Shown in pieces: positions 1 through 9,033 of a DNA stretch of 32,000 bases. Where the stretch lies: positions 30,001 to 62,000 of the forward strand of contig NC_007493.2 in assembly GCF_000012905.2 (NCBI RefSeq), in the 5' to 3' direction. This DNA is from Cereibacter sphaeroides 2.4.1 (GTDB lineage: Bacteria; Pseudomonadota; Alphaproteobacteria; Rhodobacterales; Rhodobacteraceae). Position 1 is the first letter of the stretch, and each line of letters starts with the position of its first letter. The notes below the pieces were generated by a model. The model saw nothing but the letters and a program-made list of their open reading frames with translations, had not been told where the DNA came from and searched no databases. Made by a program: the position numbers and the translations under genes.

Positions 1-465
1 GCGCGCATCGGCACGCAGTTCGCCGACCGCCGGGCGATCGATTGCGTCGGTGCGGGCGCGGCGCTCGGCACGGCCGACGGAGCCTCGCTGCTGATCCGCG
101 AGGCGGCCCGGCTGCCCGCCTCGGCCTACGACACCCGGCATTACCTGCACGGGCCGCTGGAGGCCATGGATGCCACGACCGGCGTCCTGATCATCGGCGA
201 CGGCCGCGAGGTGGAGCTGGCCCGGCAGGTGGAGCGGATCGGCTGCCCGGTCGTCCTCGTGACCACCGACAGGTCGGTGCAGGATGGCGATGGCCTGACC
301 GTGATCCATGTGCCGCGCCGCGACAATCTCATCGCGCAGGGCATCGTCGATATTCTTGCGCCGCAGCTGATCGCTGCGCAATTGTCCGATGCGGCGGGGC
401 TGACGGATGTGAAATTCCGCTACCGCATGCAGGACACCAAGGTGAAGACCGACGCGGCGGCCTGA
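1..465 (+). CDS. SIS-domain sugar-phosphate isomerase/deglycase-like protein, C-terminal part (5' end lies outside the window)
   Basis: Frame 1 is open from nt 1 to the TGA at 463-465. The translation (..GTADGASLLIREAARLPASAYDTRHYLHGPLEAMDATTGVLIIG..) resembles the second SIS domain of GlmS/FrlB/AgaS-type proteins. Codon third positions are strongly G/C. Confidence 0.55.
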   Translation, partial: ARIGTQFADRRAIDCVGAGAALGTADGASLLIREAARLPASAYDTRHYLHGPLEAMDATTGVLIIGDGREVELARQVERIGCPVVLVTTDRSVQDGDGLTVIHVPRRDNLIAQGIVDILAPQLIAAQLSDAAGLTDVKFRYRMQDTKVKTDAAA

Positions 466-519
466 GCCGCTTCTCTCCCCGGCGGAACCACCGCCGGGGC
501 CTTTCAGACAGGACCGATC

Positions 520-1539
520 ATGACCATCATCGACGACTTCCGCTCGGACACCGTGACCCGCCCCGGCCCGGAGATGCGGGCCGCGATGGCTGCGGCCGAT
601 GTGGGCGATGCGGTCTATGACGATTGCCCCACCACCCTGCGGCTCGAGGCGGTGGCGGCGGAGCGGCTGGGCAAGGAGGCCTCCCTGTTCTTCCCGTCGG
701 GCACCCAGTCCAACCTCGCCGCGATCATGGCGCACTGCGAGCGGGGCGACGAGTTTCTGGTCGGCCAGCAGGCCCATGCCTACCGGCATGAGGGCGGCGG
801 GGCGGCGGTGCTGGGCTCGGTCCAGCCGCAGCCCCTGCCCAATGCCCCCGATGGCCGCATCTCGCTCGATGCGCTCCGCGAGGCGATCAAGCCCGACGAC
901 TTCCACTTCGCCCGCACCCGGCTTCTCGCACTGGAAAACACCTTCAACGGTCAGGTGCTGGATCCGGCCTATGTGCAGGCGGCGACGGCGCTGGCGCGGG
1001 ACCATGGCCTTGCCACCCATCTGGATGGCGCGCGGCTGATGAATGCCGCCGTGGCGAGCGGGCAGTCCGCGGCCACGCTGGCCGCCCCCTTCGACACGGT
1101 CTCGCTCTGTCTCTCCAAGGGGCTCGGCGCGCCGGTCGGGTCGGTTCTGGCCGGTCCGCGCCTGGTGATCGAGCGCGCGCGCCGGATCCGCAAGATGCTG
1201 GGCGGCGGAATGCGGCAGACCGGCGTGCTGGCTGCCGCGGCCCTCCATGCGCTCGACCGGAATGTCGACCGGCTGGCCGAGGATCACGCCCGCGCGGCGC
1301 GGCTGGCCAAGGTTCTGTCCCGCTATCCCGCGCTGGGCTCCGGGCCCGTGCAGACCAACATGGTCTTCATGGCGCCGGACGGGATCGATGTCGCGTCCTT
1401 CAAGAGCTTTCTGTCGGCACGCGGCATTGCCATGGGCGGCGGCTACGGCGTCTTGCGCTGGGTCACGCATCTCGATCTGGACGACGCGGCCCTCACGCGC
1501 GTCGCCGAGGCCTGCGAAGCCTTCTTCGCCGGAGAGTGA
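520..1539 (+). CDS. ltaE: low-specificity L-threonine aldolase (PLP-dependent)
   Basis: 339-aa ORF. The N-terminus FRSDTVTRPGPEMRAAM..GDAVYDDCPT, FFPSGTQSNLAA, ALENT and the SLCLSKGLGAPVGS lysine region are typical of the LtaE/GLY1 family. Confidence 0.85.
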   Translation: MTIIDDFRSDTVTRPGPEMRAAMAAADVGDAVYDDCPTTLRLEAVAAERLGKEASLFFPSGTQSNLAAIMAHCERGDEFLVGQQAHAYRHEGGGAAVLGSVQPQPLPNAPDGRISLDALREAIKPDDFHFARTRLLALENTFNGQVLDPAYVQAATALARDHGLATHLDGARLMNAAVASGQSAATLAAPFDTVSLCLSKGLGAPVGSVLAGPRLVIERARRIRKMLGGGMRQTGVLAAAALHALDRNVDRLAEDHARAARLAKVLSRYPALGSGPVQTNMVFMAPDGIDVASFKSFLSARGIAMGGGYGVLRWVTHLDLDDAALTRVAEACEAFFAGE

Positions 1540-1723
1540 TCCGGCAGTCGCCCGGGCCAGCCCCCGACTCGCGCCAAATCCGCGCGCCCCGGTGTCGACG
1601 GTCGATCCGTCGGAGCGCCGAGGACGTCGCGTGGGTGTGTTTCGTCTCCCATGCAGGGCGACGCGCCAGCCTAAGGCCGTGAGGCCCGCCGGTCCGGCCC
1701 ATGGCTGCGGTGCTGCCGAAGGC

Positions 1724-2494
1724 TCAGGCGCCGGGGCGGATCGGTGCGTAATGGATCTCGCCGCGGGGCAGGCGCAGGCTGCGCTCGGCGGTCTCGTCGG
1801 TGACCAGATGGCCGATCTCGTCGAGGCGGCAGATCGAGACCCGGCTTTCGGTGCCGATCTTCTCGGAGTGGCACAGCATGATGCAGTCGCGCGACCGCCG
1901 CATCATGGCGCGGGCGACCTCGGCCTCGTGCAGCGCGTAATCGGTGGCGCCGCGGTCGGCATGAAGCCCCACCGGCGAGATCACCGCGTAATCGGCGAGG
2001 AAGCGGTCGATCTCCGACAGGGTCATCTCGCCGTAGGTGGCGGGCACATCCGCATGGGGGCGGCCGCCCAGAAGCAGCGTGTCGCAGGTCTGGGCAGGGC
2101 CGGTGAGCCGGGCGATCTCGATCGAATTGGTGATGATCCGGAAGTCTCCCACCCGCGCGAGCGCCCGGGCGAAGGCACAGGTGGTGGTGCCCGCATCAAT
2201 GAAGACGGTCGAGCCGCGCGGGATCAGCGTGGCGGCCAGCGCGCCGATGGCCGCCTTCTTGCCGGCATGGGCGACGAGCCGTTCGGAGAAGGCGGGCTCG
2301 GGGGCGATGTCGCGCTCGACCGCAGTGGCGCCGCCATGGACGCGCACCAGAACGCCCTCCTGCTCCATATCGAGAAGATCGCGGCGCACGGTCTCGCGCG
2401 AGACGTCGAACATCCGCGCCAGCTGGTTGGTGAAGACACGCCGCTCGACGGCCAGAAGCTCCAGAACCTTGGCATGTCTTTCGTAGGACTGCAT
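1724..2494 (-). CDS. DeoR/GlpR-family transcriptional regulator
   Basis: 256 aa. N-terminal HTH (RHAKVLELLAVERRVFTNQLARMFDVSRETVRRDLLDMEQEGVLVRVHGGA) followed by a DeoR C-terminal sugar-phosphate sensor domain (VFIDAGTT..). Confidence 0.85.
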   Translation of the reverse strand: MQSYERHAKVLELLAVERRVFTNQLARMFDVSRETVRRDLLDMEQEGVLVRVHGGATAVERDIAPEPAFSERLVAHAGKKAAIGALAATLIPRGSTVFIDAGTTTCAFARALARVGDFRIITNSIEIARLTGPAQTCDTLLLGGRPHADVPATYGEMTLSEIDRFLADYAVISPVGLHADRGATDYALHEAEVARAMMRRSRDCIMLCHSEKIGTESRVSICRLDEIGHLVTDETAERSLRLPRGEIHYAPIRPGA

Positions 2495-2766
2495 CTGCGG
2501 CGGCCTCTCGTTACCTGCGACGGACCCTAGCAGGCTCCACCGGATTCGCCACGCGAATGTGGGAATTTTGTGGCATTCGGGACGCGATGTCGCGGAATCT
2601 GGCGAAATGCATGCGCATCGGCTGCGCGCCTACCGGCCAAACCCGCTCATTCCACAGGCTTTTTGCGAATTATGAGGGTTTGTGTGCGTTTTTCTTGACA
2701 TAGGCCAAGCTGCTTGTGGAAGCTGGGGGCAGATCAGGGCGAAATGCAAGACCGAGGTTGGCACTT

Positions 2767-3561
2767 ATGAGCGAATTGGGCGATGCTTTGCGTTTCGCGA
2801 ATGACACGGCAGACGAGGCGCGCCGCATCGCGCTGAAGCATTTCCGTCAGGCGCTCGATGTCGAGAGCAAGGCCGATGACAGCCCCGTCACGCTGGCCGA
2901 CCGCGCGGTCGAGGCGCTGATCCGCGACCGGATCATGGCGGCCTTTCCCAACCATGGCATCTTCGGCGAGGAAGAGGCGCCGCTCCGGCCCGACAGCGAC
3001 CATCTCTGGGTCGTCGATCCGATCGACGGCACCAAGAGCTATGTCACGGGCAATCCGCTGTTCGGGGGGCTGATGGCCCTGCTGAAGGACGGGGCGCCCT
3101 GCCTCGGGCAGATCGACATGCCCGCTCTGGGCGAACGCTGGAGCGGGATCGAGGGGCAGGCCACCACCTTCAACGGCCGTCCCTGCCGCACCAGCGACTG
3201 CCGGGACCCGGCCGAGGCCTTCGCCTATACGACCGATCCCATGCTGTTCACGGGCGCCGATGCTCAGGTGCTCGAGATGCTGCGCCGGTCGGTGCGGATG
3301 CTGCGCTTCGGTGGCGATTGCTATGCCTATGCGCTGCTGGCCTCGGGGCACTGCGATCTGGTGCTGGAGACCGGGTTGCAGCCCTATGACTACCTGCCGC
3401 TGGTGCAGGTCATCCGCGGGGCGGGCGGCGTCATCACCGACTGGCAGGGGCAGGCGCTCGGCGTGGGCTCCGCAGGCGAGGTGCTGGCCGCGGCCACGCC
3501 CGAACTGCACCGCGCGATGCTGGACAGGATCGAGAGGCTGCGGGCCGGTCAGGCGGCCTGA
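2767..3561 (+). CDS. inositol-monophosphatase-family phosphatase (HisN-type histidinol-phosphatase-like)
   Basis: I use the ATG at 2767, preceded by GAGG. The track ORF starts further upstream at 2716. Motifs DSPVTLADRAVE, GEEE, WVVDPIDGTKSY, GGDCYAY and PYD..LVQVIRGAGGVITDW match the IMPase fold and resemble alphaproteobacterial HisN. Confidence 0.75.
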   Translation: MSELGDALRFANDTADEARRIALKHFRQALDVESKADDSPVTLADRAVEALIRDRIMAAFPNHGIFGEEEAPLRPDSDHLWVVDPIDGTKSYVTGNPLFGGLMALLKDGAPCLGQIDMPALGERWSGIEGQATTFNGRPCRTSDCRDPAEAFAYTTDPMLFTGADAQVLEMLRRSVRMLRFGGDCYAYALLASGHCDLVLETGLQPYDYLPLVQVIRGAGGVITDWQGQALGVGSAGEVLAAATPELHRAMLDRIERLRAGQAA

Positions 3562-3633
3562 AGGCAGCGATCCCGGATCAACCGGGGCCTGCCGTCATCA
3601 CGACGAACGACAGACCAACAAGGAGTGCACGAC

Positions 3634-5208
3634 ATGGACAGACGGAGTTTCCTTCGATACGGCGCACTGGCGGGCACGGCCCTCGGCGCGGCGCGCATCA
3701 ACCCCGACTTCTTCTTCAGCTCCGCCTTCGCGCAGGAGTCCCGCCCGCTGGTGTTCCTCTCGGCCGAGAACATCACCGGCAACTGGGACCCGACCGCGCA
3801 TACGACGCTGTCGCAGACCAATATCGAGGGCTTCGTCATGGGTTATCTGACCCGGGCCCCGATGCGCCCGGAAGAGCCCGACAAGGTGGTCTATGAACTT
3901 GCGACCGAGATCACCGAGCTCGACGCCCACCGGCTGCAGATCAAGCTGCGCGACGGTGTCACCTTCCATGACGGCAAGCCCTTCACCGCCGAGGATGTGA
4001 AGGCGACCTTCGAATACGGCGCCAAGCTCGACCGCCCGAAACAGGTCTATCCGGGCGGCCCGGAGACCTTCTCCGTCGAGACGCCCGACGATCATACCGT
4101 GATCGTCGACACGTCGAAGGGCGGCTACGGCGCCTCGCTCTTCATCTTCCTGGCCTCCTATCTGCCGATCCTGTCGGCCAAGGACGTGGCCGAAGGCCCG
4201 AAGGGCCCGCTGTCGCAGCGGCTGAACGGCACCGGCCCGTTCCGCTTCGTCGAACAGCGCGGCAACGACACGGTGATGGAAGCCTACGACGGCTATTTCC
4301 GCGGCGCGCCGAAGGTCACCGGCGTCACCTTCTCGTTCGTGGGCGATGCGACGACGCGGATGCTGTCCCTGATGAACGGGCAGGCCGATGTCATCGAACG
4401 GCTGGAGCCTGAGCAGGTCGAAACCCTGCAGGCGCGCGACGACATCAAGATCTCGCGGCTGGTCTCGGTCGAGAACAAGTATCTGTGGTTCCGCTGCTCG
4501 AAGCCGCCCTTCGACGACTGGCGCGTGCGCAAGGCCGCCTGCCATGCCATCGATCGCAGCATGATCATGGAGATCATGGGGTCGGCGGGCGAGGCCTCGT
4601 CGAACTTCGTCTCGCCGATCAAGTTCGGCTATATCGATCTGGAGAACTACCCCGAATACAATCCCGAGGAATGCCAGCGCCTGCTGGCCGAAGCGGGCTA
4701 CCCGAACGGCGAGGGCCTGCCCGAGCTGGAATATATCACCTCGACCGGCTTCTATCCCAAGACCAAGGAATATGGCGAGCTGATCGCGGCGCTTCTGCAG
4801 GAGCAGGGCTTCCCGGTCACGCTGAACGTGATGGAGGTCGCGGCCTGGAACGAGCGGCTCTACGACCGGCCGGGCGGCGGCCCGGGCCATATGGTCGATT
4901 GCGGCTGGTCCACCGGGTCTCCCGAGCCCGATCTGGTCCTGCGCACCCACTTCCACTCCACCGCCAAGCGGATCTGCGGCATCGTCGATCCCGAGATCGA
5001 CGCCGCCCTCGATGCGGAGCGTGACGCGCCCTCGCTCGAGGCGCGCAAGGAGAGCCTGCAGACCAACCTGATGCCGATGCTGGCCGACAAGGCGCCGGCG
5101 CTGAGCCTCTTCACCTCGGTCCTGATCCACGGGATGCGAGCCAATGTGGAGGGACTGTTCATCTACCCGGATGGCCAGTCGGACGCCTCGCAGACCACGC
5201 TCGGCTGA
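3634..5208 (+). CDS. ABC transporter solute-binding protein, family 5 (peptide/opine/nickel type) with a twin-arginine signal
   Basis: ATG at 3634 lies 8 nt after AGGAG. N-terminus MDRRSFLRYGALAGTALGAA is Tat-like. The body is DppA/OppA-like (RLQIKLRDGVTFHDGKPFTAEDV, ..YLWFRCSKPPFDD). Confidence 0.85.
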   Translation: MDRRSFLRYGALAGTALGAARINPDFFFSSAFAQESRPLVFLSAENITGNWDPTAHTTLSQTNIEGFVMGYLTRAPMRPEEPDKVVYELATEITELDAHRLQIKLRDGVTFHDGKPFTAEDVKATFEYGAKLDRPKQVYPGGPETFSVETPDDHTVIVDTSKGGYGASLFIFLASYLPILSAKDVAEGPKGPLSQRLNGTGPFRFVEQRGNDTVMEAYDGYFRGAPKVTGVTFSFVGDATTRMLSLMNGQADVIERLEPEQVETLQARDDIKISRLVSVENKYLWFRCSKPPFDDWRVRKAACHAIDRSMIMEIMGSAGEASSNFVSPIKFGYIDLENYPEYNPEECQRLLAEAGYPNGEGLPELEYITSTGFYPKTKEYGELIAALLQEQGFPVTLNVMEVAAWNERLYDRPGGGPGHMVDCGWSTGSPEPDLVLRTHFHSTAKRICGIVDPEIDAALDAERDAPSLEARKESLQTNLMPMLADKAPALSLFTSVLIHGMRANVEGLFIYPDGQSDASQTTLG

Positions 5209-5214
5209 TCGGCC

Positions 5215-5251
5215 GGCCGGAGCCCCCCTGACGTCTCCGGGGGCTCCGGCC
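5215..5251 (+). other. perfect 13-bp GC-rich stem-loop between the binding-protein and permease genes
   Basis: GGCCGGAGCCCCC (5215-5227) pairs perfectly with GGGGGCTCCGGCC (5239-5251) around an 11-nt loop. It starts 7 nt after the SBP stop codon. No U-tract follows. Confidence 0.5.
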
Positions 5252-5286
5252 ATCTACGGAACTGCCACGCATCCGGGAGCTTGCCG

Positions 5287-6267
5287 ATGTTCATCCTACG
5301 ATTCCTCGCGCGGCGACTGGGGCAGGGCGCGATCATCATCTTTCTGGTCTCTGCCCTGATCTTCACCCTGCTGCGCGTCGTTCCGGGCGATCCGGTCCGG
5401 CTGATGGTGGGAGGCATGGCCCCCGACACGCTGGTCGAGGAGATCGCGGCCGAGATGGGGCTGCGCGATCCGATCTACGTCCAGTTCGGCCGCTACATGG
5501 GGAAGGTGCTGCAGGGCGATCTGGGAGAGTCCTTCGTGCGGCCGGCCAGCGGTGCGGCCGTGGGCGGGGCGAGCTTCGACGACGCCACCCGCGGCGAGCG
5601 GGCCAAGGTGCTGGACCTGATCGCCGAAACCGCGCCGATGACGCTGCAGCTCGCGGTGCTGGCCATGGTGTTCGCGCTCATGGTGGGGGTGCCCATCGGC
5701 GTCTGGGGCGGGCTCTATCCCGGGCGGCTGCCCGACCGGCTGGCGCTCTATACCTCGTCGCTCTTCGTGAGCCTGCCCAACTTCTGGCTCGGGATCGTTC
5801 TGGCGCTGCTTCTGTCGGTGAAGCTGAACCTGCTGCCCGCCATCGGCTATCGCGGCTTTTCCTACACGATCCTGCCTGCGCTGGTGCTGGCGGTCGAGAT
5901 CGCGCCCTTCATCATCCGCACCCTGACCGTCTCGGTCGCGGGCGTGATGGGCCAGACCTTCATCGACATCGCCCGGGTGCGAGGGCTGTCGCGCAACCAG
6001 ATCGTCTTCCGCCATGCGCTGAAGAACTCGGCGGTGCCGCTGCTGAACCTGCTGGGCGTGCAGTTCTCGATGCTTCTGGGCGGTGTTCTCGTGATCGAGT
6101 TCATCTTCGACTATCCCGGCCTCGGCCTCCTGACCATCAATGCCGTGATGCAGCGCGACTTCCCGCTGATCCAGGGCATCGCAATCGTCACTGCCGCCGT
6201 CTTCGTCCTGATCAACATCGCCGTGGACCTTCTGGCCACCGCCATCGATCCGAGGCTCGATTACTGA
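5287..6267 (+). CDS. ABC transporter permease (DppB/OppB-like)
   Basis: ATG at 5287 lies 7 nt after GGGAG. N-terminus MFILRFLARRLGQGAIIIFLVSALIFTLLRVVPGDP and several TM segments are typical of BPD_transp_1 permeases. Confidence 0.85.
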   Translation: MFILRFLARRLGQGAIIIFLVSALIFTLLRVVPGDPVRLMVGGMAPDTLVEEIAAEMGLRDPIYVQFGRYMGKVLQGDLGESFVRPASGAAVGGASFDDATRGERAKVLDLIAETAPMTLQLAVLAMVFALMVGVPIGVWGGLYPGRLPDRLALYTSSLFVSLPNFWLGIVLALLLSVKLNLLPAIGYRGFSYTILPALVLAVEIAPFIIRTLTVSVAGVMGQTFIDIARVRGLSRNQIVFRHALKNSAVPLLNLLGVQFSMLLGGVLVIEFIFDYPGLGLLTINAVMQRDFPLIQGIAIVTAAVFVLINIAVDLLATAIDPRLDY

Positions 6268-7178
6268 TGACCAGCACCGACCTGCCCCTCGCCATGGCCG
6301 TCCCCGCGACCGGGCGCCGCGTTTCCACCCGGATCTGGCAGACCGCCTTCGCCTCGGTCGAGTTCAGGATCGGGCTTGCCGTCTTCGTGCTGCTGCTGGC
6401 GGCGGCGCTGCTCTATCCGGAACTGAGCGGCATCGACCCGTCCAAGATGAACATCCGGGCCAAGCTGACCCCGCCCATCTTCATGGGCGAGGGCTGGAGC
6501 TGGGCGCATCCTCTGGGCACCGACCAGCTCGGCCGCGACATGCTGGCGCGCGCTCTGGTGGGGTTGCGTTATTCGCTGCTGATCGGGGTCTCGACCACGG
6601 TGCTCATGCTGCTCGCCGGCGCGATGATCGGCCTCTTCTCGGGTTATTTCGGCGGGCGCACCGATACCGTGCTGATGCGGCTGACCGATGCGCAGCTGTC
6701 GATCCCGATGATCATCCTCGCCATCACCATCCTCGGCGTGTCGCGGCCCACGATCCCTTCGATCATCCTCGTCCTCGGACTGGCGGGCTGGCCGGTCTAT
6801 GCCCGGGTGATGCGCTCGACCGTGATGTCGGAGCGCCGGAAGGAATATGTGCGCGGCGCCATGGTGCTGGGGGCGACCGACCTGCGGATCATGTTCACCC
6901 TGCTTCTGCCGCTGGTGCTGCCGCCGATGGCCTTCGTGGCCGTGCTGGACATCGCGCGGATGATGATCTTCGAAAGCGTGCTGGGCTTTCTCGGCCTCGG
7001 CGTGCAGCCGCCCACGCCCACCTTCGGCAATGTCATCGCCGACGGGCGCAAGTATCTGATGAACGCCTGGTGGATCGCCACCATGCCCGGCGTCTTCCTG
7101 GTGCTGACCCTCACCAGCATCAACCTGATGGGGGCCGCGCTCGAACGCGCCCGGAACTCGATCTACGGAGGGGCGTGA
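6267..7178 (+). CDS. ABC transporter permease (DppC/OppC-like)
   Basis: The start overlaps the upstream stop (TGATG at 6265-6269). HPLGTDQLGRDMLAR motif and multiple TM segments are present. Confidence 0.85.
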   Translation: MTSTDLPLAMAVPATGRRVSTRIWQTAFASVEFRIGLAVFVLLLAAALLYPELSGIDPSKMNIRAKLTPPIFMGEGWSWAHPLGTDQLGRDMLARALVGLRYSLLIGVSTTVLMLLAGAMIGLFSGYFGGRTDTVLMRLTDAQLSIPMIILAITILGVSRPTIPSIILVLGLAGWPVYARVMRSTVMSERRKEYVRGAMVLGATDLRIMFTLLLPLVLPPMAFVAVLDIARMMIFESVLGFLGLGVQPPTPTFGNVIADGRKYLMNAWWIATMPGVFLVLTLTSINLMGAALERARNSIYGGA

Positions 7179-7179
7179 G

Positions 7180-9033
7180 ATGGCCTTGGACATGGGCGCG
7201 GCCCCCGAGACCCTGCTGAGCGTGCGCGGCCTGAGCGTCGCGGCCGGCGACAGGCCGATCCTGACCGACATCTCCTTCGATCTGGCGCCGCGCTCGATCC
7301 TGTCGGTGATCGGGGCCACCGGATCGGGCAAGACCGTGCTGGCCCGCGCGCTGGCCAGCTGGCTGTCGCCGCCGCTGCGGGTGACGGGCGGCAGGATCCT
7401 GTTCCGCGGTCGCGACCTCGTGGCCGATCCGGCCCATGCCCGCAGCCTCGCCGGGCGCGAGATCGCCTATGTCGGCGGCAATCCGGCCGGTGCGCTCGAT
7501 CCCACCATGACGGTGGGGGCGCAGCTGGTGGAGAAGCTCCGCGCCGTCCGCCCCGACATGTCCGCCGACGAGGCCCGGAAAAAGGCGATCCGGCTGCTCG
7601 AGGCGGTGCATATCCCCTCGGCGCAGCGGCGCTTCCACGAATATCCGTTCCAGTATTCCGGCGGCATGATGCAGCGGGCGATGATCGTCGACGCGCTGAT
7701 CTCGGATCCGGCGCTGCTGATCGCCGACAACATCACCCAGCCGCTGGATGTGACGGTCGCCGCGCAGATCCTCAAGCTGATGCGCGAACTGAATGCGCAG
7801 TTCTCGACGGCGATCCTCTTCATCTGCTCTTCGCTGCCCGTGGCCTGCGACGCCTCGGACGAGGTGATGGTGCTGCACGAGGGCCGGGTGGTCGAACGCC
7901 AGACCCCCGCCGCGCTGGTGGCAAGCCCCGGGCACACCTACACGCGCGAACTCATCGCGGAACTTCCCACGCTCTGGCAGGGCGGCGAGAACGGCGCGAG
8001 CCGGCCCACCGACCGGGAGCGGCGCGCGATCATGTCGGTCCGGGGGCTGGCCAAGGCCTACGAGGTTCGCGCGCGCGGGCAGGCCGGCATCTCGCGGGTG
8101 CAGGCGGTGCGCAATGTCGATTTCGACGTCTTTCCGGGCGACAATTTCGGCGTGGTGGGCGAATCCGGCTGCGGAAAATCCTCGCTGATGCGGCTTCTGA
8201 CGGGGCTGGAGCGGCCGGATGCGGGCTCGGTCTTCTTCGAGGGCGAGAACGTGGGCGCCGCCAGCCCCAAGCGCCTGCGCGAGCTGCGCCGCAGGTTCCA
8301 GCTGGTGCTGCAGGATCCTTACGGTTGCCTGCCGCCGCAGTCGCCCATCGGGGCGATCCTCGAGGAGCCGCTGAAGATCCACCGGATCGGCAATGCGGCC
8401 GACCGGCGCGACCGCGCACGGGCGGTGATGGCCGAGGTGGGGCTGGATGACGGTCTCTACCGCTCGCTGCCCACCGGGCTTTCGGCCGGCCAGCGCCAGC
8501 GGCTGAATGTGGCCCGGGCGATGATCCTCGAGCCGCGGCTGCTCATCATGGACGAGACGCTCTCGGCGCTCGATCAGACCGAACAGGGCAAGCTCTTGGA
8601 TTTGTTCGACAAGCTGCAGGCCCAGCACGGCTTCACCTACATCTTCATCTCGCATGACCTCACCATGGTGCGGCGGGTCTGCTCGCGGATCGCGGTGATG
8701 TATCTCGGCGAGACGGTGGAGGTCGCGCCCAACGAGCGGCTGTTCTTCGATCCGGGCCACCCCTACAGCCGCGCGCTTCTGTCGGCAGCCCCCACGCTCG
8801 AGGAGCGCCGCTACCGGCCGGAGGACTGCCTGCTCGAGGGCGAACCGCCGAGCCCCATCGACCTGCCCCCGGGTTGTGCCTTCGCCAGCCGCTGCCCGCA
8901 CGCCTTCGACCGCTGCCGGATCGAGAATCCGGCGCTGCGCGCGCGGGGCGGTCATGCGCTGGCTGCCTGCTTCCTGAACCCCGAGCCCGACATCGGCCTG
9001 CACGAGACTGTCACGGAGACGCCCCATGTCTGA
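7180..9033 (+). CDS. fused double ATP-binding protein of the ABC transporter (DppD/DppF-like halves)
   Basis: 617 aa with two NBDs. NBD1 has GATGSGKT / YSGGMMQR / LLIADN. NBD2 has GESGCGKSS / LSAGQRQR / LLIMDE / ISHD, plus an oligopeptide-type C-terminal Cys motif (PPGCAFASRCPHAFDRC). Confidence 0.9.
   Translation: MALDMGAAPETLLSVRGLSVAAGDRPILTDISFDLAPRSILSVIGATGSGKTVLARALASWLSPPLRVTGGRILFRGRDLVADPAHARSLAGREIAYVGGNPAGALDPTMTVGAQLVEKLRAVRPDMSADEARKKAIRLLEAVHIPSAQRRFHEYPFQYSGGMMQRAMIVDALISDPALLIADNITQPLDVTVAAQILKLMRELNAQFSTAILFICSSLPVACDASDEVMVLHEGRVVERQTPAALVASPGHTYTRELIAELPTLWQGGENGASRPTDRERRAIMSVRGLAKAYEVRARGQAGISRVQAVRNVDFDVFPGDNFGVVGESGCGKSSLMRLLTGLERPDAGSVFFEGENVGAASPKRLRELRRRFQLVLQDPYGCLPPQSPIGAILEEPLKIHRIGNAADRRDRARAVMAEVGLDDGLYRSLPTGLSAGQRQRLNVARAMILEPRLLIMDETLSALDQTEQGKLLDLFDKLQAQHGFTYIFISHDLTMVRRVCSRIAVMYLGETVEVAPNERLFFDPGHPYSRALLSAAPTLEERRYRPEDCLLEGEPPSPIDLPPGCAFASRCPHAFDRCRIENPALRARGGHALAACFLNPEPDIGLHETVTETPHV

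Noticed and set aside
3598-5253. 551-aa ORF on the minus strand, antisense to the binding-protein gene. The same situation applies to 6261-7331, 7120-9123, 21603-23219, 22573-24312 and 28560-30998 (812 aa).
   Set aside because: The translations are Arg/Gly/Asp/His/Pro-rich with no recognisable motifs. They are typical shadow ORFs of high-GC DNA, where stop codons are rare. The opposite strand encodes clearly recognisable proteins.
5289-5303. GTTCatcctacGATT, a near match to the SOS box at the start of the first permease gene.
   Set aside because: The second half-site is GATT, not GTTC or GATC. The sequence lies inside coding sequence (codons 1-6) in the middle of an operon, with no link to DNA damage.
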